This document shows, piece after piece, positions 49,710 to 59,789 of a stretch of 64,000 nt of DNA. A program made the translations under genes and the position numbers. Numbering within the stretch: the first letter of the stretch is position 1; each line of letters begins with the position of its first letter. The notes beneath the pieces are model-generated. The model was not told where the DNA came from. It did no database searches and saw only the letters and a list, made by a program, of their open reading frames with translations. Source of the DNA: Mobula hypostoma (Eukaryota); assembly GCF_963921235.1 (NCBI RefSeq), contig NC_086097.1, positions 77,068,001 through 77,132,000 on the forward strand, given 5' to 3'.

Positions 49710-51414
49710 TCAAGATTCAAAGATTCAAGATTCAAAAAACTTTATTGTCATTCTAACCGTACATCAGCTCTGCAGGGCAGAATGAGACAGTTTTTCTCAG
49801 GGGCAGTGCAATCATAACATAACAAACGCAACACTAAATAATAAACATAACAATAAATAGTAAAACACAACAGCCACATGTCAGTTAAAATCAGTTACAA
49901 GTGTCCAGTGGAAGTTAAAAGTGTCCAAAGCAGAATCAGGTAGGGTAGCTATTTAGCAGTCTGACTGCCTGTGGGAGGAAGCTGTTTAGTAGCCTTGTGG
50001 TTTTAGTTTTGATGCTCCTGTAATGTTTGCCTGATGGCAGAAGAACAAACAGTTCATGGAGAGGGTGTGAGGGGTCTTTAATTATGTACCGTGTCTTCTG
50101 GAGGCATCGACTCCGAAAGAGGTCTTGGACAGAAGGTAGGGAGACCCCAATAACCACCCTCTGCAAGGCTTTTTTGTCGACAGCACTGCAGCTGGAGTAC
50201 CAGGTTGTGATGCAAAAGGTCAGCACACTCTCAACCACGCCTCCGTAGAATGTAGTTAAGATGTTAGTGGGGAGTGATGCTTGTTTAAGCTTCCTCAAAA
50301 AGTGCAATCTCTGCTGGGCCCGTTTCACAATCCCAGTGGTGTTCCTGGACCAGGTGAGATTGTCCGAGATCTGCACCCCAAGGAACTTGATGTTTTCCAC
50401 TCTCTCCACTGTGGAGCCGCTGATGCTGAGGGGTGTGTGCTCAGGCTGAGACCATCTGAAATCGACAATCATCTCCTTGGTTTTGTTGACATTAAGCATC
50501 AAGTTGTTATCCCTGCACCAGCTCTCTAGGTGTTTGACCTCCTCCCTGTACATAGTTTCATCATTTTTGCTGATGAGCCCCACCACTGTAGTATCATCTG
50601 CAAATTTAATGATCAGGTTCTCCTTGAATCTGGCTGCACAGTCATGTGTTAGCAGTGTAAACAGCAATGGGCTAAGCACACAGCCTTGTGGGGATCCAGT
50701 GCTCAGTGTGATGGAGTCAGAGATGTTCCTGCCAACACGGACTGACTGTGGTCTCTCTGTCAAGAAATCCAGAATCCAGCGACACATGGCAGTGCTAAGG
50801 CCAAGCAGCGACAGTTTCTCCATTAGTCTCTGCGGGATGATGGTATTGAACGCTGAACTGAAATCAATGTACAGGATTCTGGCGTAAGTGTCTTTGTTGT
50901 CCAAGTGAGAGAGAACTGTGTGCAGTGTAGTGGATATTACCTCCTCCAGAGAGCGATTTGGACGATAAGCAAACTGTAGAGGATCCGGCAATGAGGGGAG
51001 GCTGGCTGTGATATGAGGCTTGACAAGCCGTTCAAAACATTTCATCACTATGGGGGTCAGGGCAATGGGACGGTAATCATTCAGACAGGCTACAACTGAT
51101 TTCTTTGCTACAGGGATGATTGTGGAGGTTTTGAAGCATCTGGGGACAATAGCTTGACTAAGGGAGATGATGAAAATGTCTGTCAGGACATCTGCTAATA
51201 CATCAGCACATTCCTTGAGCACATGTCCAAGGATGTTGTCAGGACCTCCCGCTTTTCGTGGGTTGACCCTGGCAAGGGTCCTCCGTGTTTGCTCTGGATC
51301 AATGATTGGAGCCGGTTGGTCAGATGGTAAAAAGGGACTGGCTCTCCCCCTTGCTGTAGTGTTTGATGCTTTGAAGCAGGCAAAGAAATTGTTAAGCCTG
51401 TCTGGAAGAGAAGT
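49710..51414 (-). mobile_element. Young 5'-truncated Rex1/Babar (L2-group) LINE with an open 428-aa RT ORF (51222-49936)
   Basis: Motifs 'NDYRPIALT', '[12 protein letters not shown]', '[11 protein letters not shown]', '[13 protein letters not shown]', '[10 protein letters not shown]'; 3' AATAAA followed by a (TGAATCT)n-type tail. Confidence 0.95.
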
Positions 51415-52521
51415 GTAACCTAAGGTAGATCAAGCCTGGCACGGAGAACTTATCTGTCCTGATATTAAGCTACATTGTCAGTATAATCTAGTGTATATTA
51501 GATTATCAAGTTTTTCAAAACTAATAAAAATCTTTTCATGATTGGCGTAGTTTTCCATGGCAGTGTTCTGCCAGATTACATGGTGGCACCCTAGACCATT
51601 TCCACAGCACACTCAATATAAAACAGCTTGCTGTTCAATCATTGGCCAACAATCATGAACTCCAGAGTTTCCGTTACTGGAACCACTGTGTTGCCCAAGG
51701 AACCTGCCATATCTATAAAACTCCAAACACTGTGAAGTTCACTGAATTGTAAGAATGATGGTAAATCATTAAATCATTAGAACCAGGAATTAACAGACAA
51801 AAAAATAAATCACATCTATAATTCAAGCGAATTGCAATTAAGCTAACACTTGAATTATTGGGGGATATGAGTAAATATTGATGGAAAACTCATTTGTGAA
51901 ATTAATAAAAATTGGTCATTTTTTAAAATATTAATGATAAAAAGAATATTTCTTCCATAAGCAACAGCTCCCAGAAATATCAGTCCATTTTCTTAAAAGC
52001 ACTATGCATTGGATTTCTGGGCATCAATTAAATCATGTATTTCAAAATTAATTTCAAACAAATATAATAATATGAATATTACATTCTACATTAATTTCAA
52101 CCTTTCTAAACATCTTCTTTCTCATCCCTCACACAATTTAAAGATTTATATTGACCCACGAGTTTGTAATTTGCAAACTATCTGAAGAGTAAATTAATGG
52201 ATAGCTTCTGTAGTTAATGATGAAAGGAAAATTAACTACTACATAGGAATAAGATTTATATCCAATATCAACACAAAAAGTTTCATTTTCAGGTAGCATC
52301 TGAAGAAAGAGAAACATAGTTAACATTTGAGGTTGAAGACTACCACAGCCTGATAAACGCAGAGCATTTCATGGGATGTCTTAAGAATAGTGGAAATGTC
52401 TAGGGGGAATCAGAAACTAAATCACTCACTGCAGGATATCTAAGCTTTGACCTGCTCATGTAGCCCCAACATTTATTCAGCTAGTCCAGTTAAGCTTCAG
52501 ATCAATGATGACCCAGTGCAC

Positions 52522-53061
52522 CAGACATCCCACCTCTCCTGGAAGTTCCAGGAGTCTCCCACATATTAATATTGGCTCCCTGATGCCTGCAAATTATATA
52601 CAATATCATGGAAATCAATTTTTTTGAGAGCGAGCGAGCAAGAGAAAGCAAGAGAGAGCGTGAGAGAGTGTGTGAGCGACAAGAGATAGCGAGCGACAGA
52701 CAGTGCGCCATGGCAGAGTGTTCCAAAAAAAGAAAATATAAAATGTACGTCACCCCAGACTACACTAAAGTGTACCCCTGCCTAATAGGGGTCGAAATAA
52801 CGACAGTGTTGCTCGCTGCACTGCTTGCAACAGTGACTTTTCTATTGCCCATGGTGGGTTAAGACTGTAAAAGACATGTTGAGGTAAGTTTAACAGGTGT
52901 CATTCGTTCATTAGCATAACTAACATTATTTAAACTAGCTGGCTAGCTGCTAAGGAGCTACTGTATTGCAGACATTCCACCTCTCCCGGAAGTTCCAGGA
53001 GTCTCCCGCAAATTGATGGTGCTATCTCCCTGAAATTAGTTTTTGCAGGGTGGGATGTCTG
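52522..53061. mobile_element. Non-autonomous DNA transposon (hAT-like) with an internal duplicate of its left end
   Basis: TIRs CAGACATCCCACC...GGTGGGATGTCTG; left-end ~50 bp repeated at 52969; only an imperfect TSD (CAGTGCAC / CTGCAC). Confidence 0.8.
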
Positions 53062-54739
53062 CTGCACCCACTGCCCAGATTACTAATAAAGACAGGACAT
53101 GCATGCCTAAGGTAGATGGTTCATCTCTCTTAATGGAAATGATCATTGTCTAGCACTTTTGTGGCAGTCCATTGCTAAATATTATCCAGGTCTTGGTTCA
53201 TGCAGGAATTGACCATTGTGACCTTACAAGGTCATCGATGAAGCAGATGACAATCACTGGGCCAAGGACACAGTCCTCCGGAAGCGCTGATGACTCGTGA
53301 TGAACCATGTGCCTGTGATGCTGCTGCAAGTAAGTTTGTCACTGCATGTATTTACATATATGACAATAAACTCAACTGAATATGACAATAAACTCATTGT
53401 CTCCGGCAATGATATTCTGGGCTGGGATGATTGACATCCAACAACCACAACCATTTTCCTTTGTGCCAGTTTGTATAACAACTGCAGCTTTATCAGGCTG
53501 CCTTGATGCCACACTCCGTCAAATACCTGCCCTGAAACTGCTGAGTGAAAAGCAATTGGGATTTCCTCAGGCCATAAATCTACTTCCTAAATATATTTTG
53601 TATTACATAGAATAATGTGAAATGGTCTGTTTCTTGACCAGATATATACAGTAAATGTATTCCTTTATCAGAATGAAAATAAAGAGCATTTGAATTGTAC
53701 TGAGCTGGGAGATACAGATGAACATTGTAGCCTGAACAAAAACTACCATTGATGTAATGCCTTTAAATAGCAAAAAATATCCCAAGACACTCCTGAAGAA
53801 CATTATCAAACAAAATAGTAATTAAGCTGATAAAAAAACAAAGTTCTGAAGTTTGGTACGAGGGAAGAATTCAGGATCTAAGGACTGAAAACACAGCTGT
53901 TAAAGATAGTGCAATTAAGTTTGAAATGCATTCAAATTTAGGATTAGCACAGAGAAAGCAAATCAGAAGATTAGAGTGCTCAGAAAGATGGACAGATGAA
54001 GCCACTGATAGACATGAACAAGTGCTGAGGCATTGCTTAACCAAGAGCATGTGGATAAACAGGCACAAGGTGATGGATAAATGGAATTTGCTGAGCATTT
54101 GAACATAGGCACTGTGCTTTGCATGATCTGAAGTTAATGAAGCAAAAAGAAAAACAGGCCAAATAGAATTCCTATTGAGAGTGCCACAAGAAGGCAATGG
54201 CATGATTAAGTAGCTCAGCAGCAGAAACCAGTCTTTTCCTGTACATCCTTCAGAAATGTGTCTTTTAATCCACTGTACCAAGCTCAACACCACTCTGCAG
54301 AGCACTAAGTTTGTAAGGCACAATAGCTACTTATTACCATGATGTTGGTACCATACAAAATTTTCTGAACTGGAGAGATCTGATGACAGAGACATTTGAA
54401 TCCACATGGTGCCAACTTGTGGAGCAGGTGTTTGTGTCCCCATGTCCCGCAGTCCCAACACTCAAAGCTAGGTACCCCACTGGCTTTAAACTTGATGCTA
54501 TGCTGTGAACTTGGAATGAATCCCTGCATTTCGTCGTATCTGAGCTTGGTGAAGAAAGGCTCCACCAAACAGATCAAAATGAGTGATCTGGTTACTCATC
54601 ACTGAGATGTAGGGGCAGTCTAGATGTTGGACGGCAAGGACATTAATGAGGACCAAAAACACCCACTAATCATTGTTCCTTATTCTTTCCATTTCCCTGT
54701 ATTAAATTTTATCTACCACACCTGGAAATTTTACCTTGC

Positions 54740-55093
54740 TCATCCAGGTGCCGGGGTAGAGATACAATGCCCCCAAATGAGGTGTAAGGTGCTCCTTCCC
54801 TCCACTAGCCCGCAGGTCACCCTTGGGCAATGTGACCCACCCCCTATCAGGGTCACATGAAGCCATGGGAGCAGATGATGGATAGTCATATGAGCAGCTG
54901 AAGCATATCACAAGTCCTGGTTATGCAACCACTGACATAGGCAGACAAACTCTGAAGAGTATTGATAATAGTTGGGATGACCTGTCATGTAAAGACACTG
55001 CCCCAGGAGAAGGTAGTGGTAAACCACTTCTTTCATGAAAAGACCACGATTCCGCTTATGTCATATAACACAGCAATATAACGAATGAGTGAA
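54740..55093 (+). mobile_element. Probable RTE-derived non-autonomous retroposon
   Basis: Contains GGAGAAGGTAGTGGTAAACCACTTC, resembling the RTE/BovB GGAGAAGGAAATGGCAAACCACTCC motif; boundaries approximate. Confidence 0.55.
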
Positions 55094-55334
55094 CATCACA
55101 CTGCTTATGTTTGATGCAGCCTAACACCCATTGCTCCCACACACTCTGATTTTAGCACTATACATGTCTATCCTTGAAATCTAGCTGCATTTGTTCTCTC
55201 AGAGAATTCCACAACATGGTAAAAGGCCCTTTGGCCCAAATAGTCCATGCCAACTGAGATCCCTATCTAAGTTCATCCCACTTGCCCATATCCCTCTATC
55301 CTATCCGTATGCCTCTCCAAGTACCTTTTAAATT

Positions 55335-56034
55335 AGTGGTGGAGAAGATGGTGGCGCGACGGCAGTGTGCACGGCCTCTCCGGTGAATGATATCTTTAAT
55401 CTGTCAAGTAGGGGACCGTGCACAATTCTGATTTGATGGAGATGGACATGAGAGTACGGAGGAACATCTGGAAAACTTCTGAAATGCCCGCTTCGCTGCC
55501 GCTGCTACTGTGTGGTAACCGGACTTTCCGGAGGAGAAGGCCCCGAATCCTCGGCTTTGCTTGTTTCAGCGGCCATGGCTAGGTCGAAGGCGCTCTGCAG
55601 AGGATGGCGCTCGGGAGGCTGTATCGGAAGGGCTGGTCAGAGGCTCAAAATTATCGGACGGACGGACTCAGTGTCGGCTGTGGTCGGCTGCTTCCAAGGC
55701 ATCGACAAGTTGACGGCGCCTGGAGGTTTATGGCAGGGAGTTTCTCCCTTTTGCCGCCTGCTATCGGGAACTCGGGAGTCGATCGACTCGGGGACTTTGA
55801 GACTTTTTTTTTACCGTGCCCATGGTTTGTTCTTCATCAAATTATGGTATTGGTTTGCACTGCTGTAACTATATGTTATAATTATGTGGTTCTGTCAGTG
55901 TTAATCTTTGGTTTGTCCTGTTTTCTGTGATATCACTCCGCAGAAACATTGTATCATTTCTTAATGCATGTATGCATTTCTAAATGACAATAAAAGAGGA
56001 CTGAGTGTTCTCATAAACTAATCTAATAATCTAA
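55335..56034 (+). mobile_element. Young CpG-rich non-autonomous L2/Rex-type retroposon inserted in a CR1 tail
   Basis: 5' AAGATGGTGGCG head; 3' stem-loop region, AATAAA and a (TAATC)n-like tail; flanking CR1 sequence is colinear. Confidence 0.75.
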
Positions 56035-56335
56035 ATGTTAATGTACCCCCCCCAAAAAAATTCCTTAAGCAGCTCATTCCATATACTGGCCACTCTCTAT
56101 GTGAACAACTTGCCTCCCAGGTTCCTATTAAATCTCTCTGCTTCACCTTAAACCCATGACCTCTAGCTCTCAGTTCCCAACCCTGGGGGAAAAAATCTCA
56201 TACAAAGGCCTGTTTCTGTGCTGTAGTTTCTATGGTTTCTATTGCAGCATATGCAACACGCCTCAGTATCTTATTCAAACTATTTTTTAGTTGTAGTCAG
56301 ACAAAAAGTGGCAAAAGGAAATTAATGTGTAAACT

Positions 56336-56515
56336 CAAACAACAGGAATTCTGCAGATGCTGGAAATTCAAGCAACACACATAAAAGTTGCTGGTGAACA
56401 CAGCAGGCCAGGCAGCATCCTGACGAAGGGTCTCGGCCTGAAACGTCGACTGCACCTCTTCCTAGAGATGCTGCCTGGCCTGCTGCGTTCACCAGCAACT
56501 TTTATGTGTGTTGCT
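56336..56515. mobile_element. Penelope terminal-repeat-derived insertion with an inverted repeat
   Basis: 14-bp TSD TTAATGTGTAAACT (56322-56335, 56516-56529); arms 56370-56419 and 56467-56516 are 49/50 complementary. Confidence 0.9.
56412..56453 (+). ncRNA. Minimal type-I hammerhead ribozyme motif (Penelope-type)
   Basis: CTGACGA (56420-56426), stem II A-GGGT-CTCG-GCCT, GAAA (56440-56443), C-GTC with predicted cleavage after 56447, and a loop-less palindromic ACGT stem III; stem I is imperfect. Confidence 0.75.
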
Positions 56516-56802
56516 TTAATGTGTAAACTAGTAGATTTGGGGAGGTACAAAAAGGCAAAACAATGAACTGCAACACTTTGAGTGGTGTGCTGGAACAACA
56601 GGACCATAGCATGTGCCTTAAATTCTTGAAGCTCAGTCAGGTGGTTAAAAAGGCAAAGGGATTCCTTTCTTCATTACCAAAATCTTCTCTGGGGCAAATA
56701 TAAGTAGGTTTTAAAAGGTAGCCTTGCCAATGAAGCTTTATTCCCTCAAAAAATCAATAAAAGGTTCAGACAAGGATATAAAATCAGGGAACCATATACA
56801 AA

Positions 56803-56901
56803 GTTGCTGGTGAACGCACCTGGCCTGCTGCATTCACCAGCAACTTTGATGTGTGTTGCTTGAATTTCCAGCATCTGCAGAATTCCTGTTATTTGTTGTT
56901 T
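56803..56901 (+). mobile_element. Second short Penelope terminal-repeat insertion (no hammerhead core)
   Basis: 14-bp TSD GAACCATATACAAA (56789-56802, 56902-56915); same family as 56336-56515, with its own short 5' inversion. Confidence 0.9.
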
Positions 56902-57149
56902 GAACCATATACAAAACAGGTTAACCCACATATTGAGCACGGCACACCATTCAATTACAGGAAACATGTGATTGCATTGTAGAGATATTGATAAGGGCCG
57001 AAAAATCGTTGTTGAATTCCTTTCCACGAGGACGAAATATAAACCATACGGGTCAGATCAGGTCATTCACAGCATAATGGATGACAGTTGGTGCAACGAG
57101 TTAGCGTTTATGCAATACTAGCAGCAGAACCAGTTATAGATGTGTGCAC

Positions 57150-57790
57150 CACGAGCGGGAAATTGAATGCACTCGGAAGGAAGGGGAAGGTGCGGAGAGA
57201 TGGTGATTGTTTCGGGGGCAACTTGTACATCCAGCCAACCTCCTCCAGCAGCCGGGTGCAAAGTCCGGAGGAAAGTGGCGGCAGCTCCGCCGTCCTGGAT
57301 GCAGGGCCCGGCCCGGCCCGGCCCTTGGCGGATGGGGTTAGAGACCGAGCACTTGAGTCGAAAGCCACTCACATTCAACCTGACACCTGCACCCACCCCT
57401 CGAGTGGGCGCTCCTCCTACCTGCTGCTCCGGCGGCCGGGAGGCGAGGCCTCGGCCTCGGGGTGGCCGTGCCTCCCGGAAGTCGCGGCCCTGCGTCCGCC
57501 GCTCGGGCTCCGCTGGTTGCTGCGGTCGGTCCCCGGACCCACGCGAACCTCGGCCGCGGCCTCTCCCTCCTCCCCGGCGACCGCGGCCTCGGCCTCGGCT
57601 CCATGTCCGTTGCGGCGCCTCCTCCATAGCCGAAGCGGGCGGCGTATTCCGCGGAGAGAGAGATAATACGTGTGCAGGCAGTGAATAAAGCGGAGAGAAA
57701 GTCACGGAAGAGAGAGGACCCGGACCGGCGAAGGAGAGGGGTGCAGGCAACGAGAGAGGAGACACAGCAAGGGGGCGGGCAAAGTGAGGG
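57150..57790. promoter_or_regulatory. CpG island / AVEN promoter and exon 1 region
   Basis: Abrupt rise in GC and CpG density relative to the AT-rich surroundings; GC box (GGGGGCGGGC) at ~57771-57780 upstream of the ATG. Confidence 0.85.
57421..57627 (-). CDS. AVEN: AVEN (apoptosis and caspase activation inhibitor) coding exon 1, RGG/RG-rich N-terminus
   Basis: ATG at 57627 in good Kozak context (GCTATGG). 69 codons MEEAPQRTWSRGRGRGRRGGGRGRGRG...PPEQQ end at a phase-0 donor CAG|GTAGGA (GT at 57420-57419), in frame with exon 2. Lies in a CpG island. Confidence 0.9.
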
Positions 57791-57920
57791 AAAAGAAGTC
57801 ACAGTGGAGCAAAAAGTCACAGCCACAAAGTTACGGGCAGTGACTGGAAAATGGAGAGGTAAAGAGAGTCATAGAGAATGGAACAGAGAGGGGCGCAGGC
57901 AGTGAAAAGGAAAAAACAAA

Positions 57921-59525
57921 GAGTCACAGGCTGTGAGAGGGGAGCGCAGAGAGAGACACAGGCTGTGAGAGGGGAGCGCAGAGAGAGACACAGGCTGTGA
58001 GGGGGAGCGCAGAGAGAGTCACAGGCTGTGACAGGGGAGTGCAGAGGAGAGTCACAGGCTGTGACAGGGGAGTGCAGAGGAGAGTCACAGGCTGTGACAG
58101 GAGAGCACAGAGAGAGACACAGGCTGTGACAGGAGATGCACAGAGAGAGAGACACAGGCTGTGAGAGGGGAGTGCGGAGGAGAGTCTCAGGCTGTGACAG
58201 GAGAGCGCAAAGAGAGAGACAGGCTGTGAGAGGGGAGTGCAGAAAGAGTCACAGGCTGTGAGAGGGGAGCACGGAGAGAGTCACAGGCTGTGAGAGGGGA
58301 GCGCAGAGGAGAGTCACAGGCTGTGAGAGGGGAGCGCAGAGGAGAGTCAGGCTGTGAGAGGGGAGTGCAGAGGAGAGTCACAGGCTGTGACAGGAGAGCA
58401 CAGAGAGAGACACAGGCTGTGAGAGGAGAGCACAGAGAGAGACACAGGCTGTGAGAGGGGAGTGCGGAGGAGAGTCTCAGGCTGTGACAGGAGAGCGCAA
58501 AGAGAGACAGGCTGTGACAGGAGAGCACGGAGAGAGTCAGGCTGTGACAGGAGAGCACAGAGAGAGACACAGGCTGTGAGAGGGGAGCGCAGAGAGAGAG
58601 TCACAGGCTGTGACGGGAGTACGGAGAGAGTCACAGGCTGTTTCAGGAGCACAGAGAGAGACATAGGCTGTGATAGGGGAGCACGGAGAGAGTTACAGGC
58701 TGTGACAGGAGAGCACAGAGAGAGACAGGCTGTGAGAGGGGAGCACGGAGAGGGTCGCGGGCTGTGACGGGAGTGCAGAGGAGAGTCACAGGCTGTGACG
58801 GGAGCACGGAGAGAGTCACAGGCTGTGAGAGGGGAGCGCAGAGGAGGGTCACAAGCTATGATAGGGGAGTGTAGAGGAGAGTCACAGGCTGTGAGAGGGG
58901 AGTATGGAGAGAGTCACGGGCTGTGAGAGGGGAGCACGGAGAGAGTCACAGGCTGTGACGGGAGTGCAGAGGAGTCACAGGCTGTGAGAGGGAAGCGCAC
59001 AGGAGAGTCACAGGCTGTGACAGGAGAGCACGGAGAGAGTCAGGCTGTGACGGGAGCACGGAGAGAGTCACAGGCTGTGAGAGGGGAGCGCAGGGGAGAA
59101 TCAAGGGCTGTGACGGGAGCACGGAGAGAGTCACAGGCTGTGAGAGGGGAGCGCAGAGGAGGGTCACAAGCTATGATAGGGGAGTGCAGAGGAAAGTCAC
59201 AGGCTGTGAGAGGGGAGCGCAGAGGAGGGTCACAAGCTATGATAGGGGAGTGCAGAAGAGAGTCACAGGCTGTGAGAGGGGAGTATGGAGAGAGTCATGG
59301 GCTGTGAGAGGGGAGCACGGAGAGAGTCACAGGCTGTGACGGGAGTGCAGAGGAGTCACAGGCTGTGAGAGGGAAGCGCACAGGAGAGTCACAGGCTGTG
59401 ACAGGAGAGCACGGAGAGAGTCACAGGCTGTGAGAGGGGAGCGCAGGGGAGAATCAAGGGCTGTGACGGGAACACGGAGGGAGTCACGGGCTGTGAGAGG
59501 AGAATACAGAAAGAATCACAGGCCG
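57921..59525. repeat. Minisatellite, ~29-34 bp unit (GAGAGTCACAGGCTGTGAGAGGGGAGCGCAGA-like), roughly 50 copies
   Basis: Directly visible tandem units with a near-constant CAGGCTGTGA core and purine-rich spacers. Confidence 0.97.
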
Positions 59526-59789
59526 TGGGGAGACCAGAAAGAAAGAGCCAGACACCATTCCTAGTACCTGTGCCCAAAAACACTGGCAGTTCGCCAAGTC
59601 TGTGTGCCTGCAGTATCAGGTTGATTAACAACAGACTGCATTTGTGATCTTAGAACTCAAATAATATAACCACAGAGATAAAACTGGCATGTCTAAACGT
59701 GCAGTGTGAAGAACACTGTACAATGTGTTAACGTCTTCCAATACTTTTCCAAAGTCAAGACAGATGTAATTTTTTTTTACAAGAGTGCA

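Noticed and set aside
54890..54980. HDV-like ribozyme in the RTE-like element
   Set aside because: Only a G-U-rich P2-like pairing could be drawn; P1, P3 and the catalytic junction do not fit in this copy.
57088..57688. Plus-strand 192-aa and 173-aa ORFs
   Set aside because: Antisense shadows of the GC-rich AVEN exon 1/CpG island; no recognisable domain.
57628..57765. N-terminal extension of AVEN in the 215-aa ORF call
   Set aside because: It depends on a non-ATG start; the first in-frame ATG with good context is 57627.
57921..59525. CRISPR-like array or long ORFs in the minisatellite
   Set aside because: The spacers are variants of one another rather than unique sequences, the context is eukaryotic with no cas genes, and the ORFs are translations of the repeat.
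57921..59525. V(D)J recombination signal sequences (CACAG cores)
   Set aside because: The heptamer is only CACAGGC/CACAGCC, with no ACAAAAACC nonamer at 12/23 spacing and no V/J segments.
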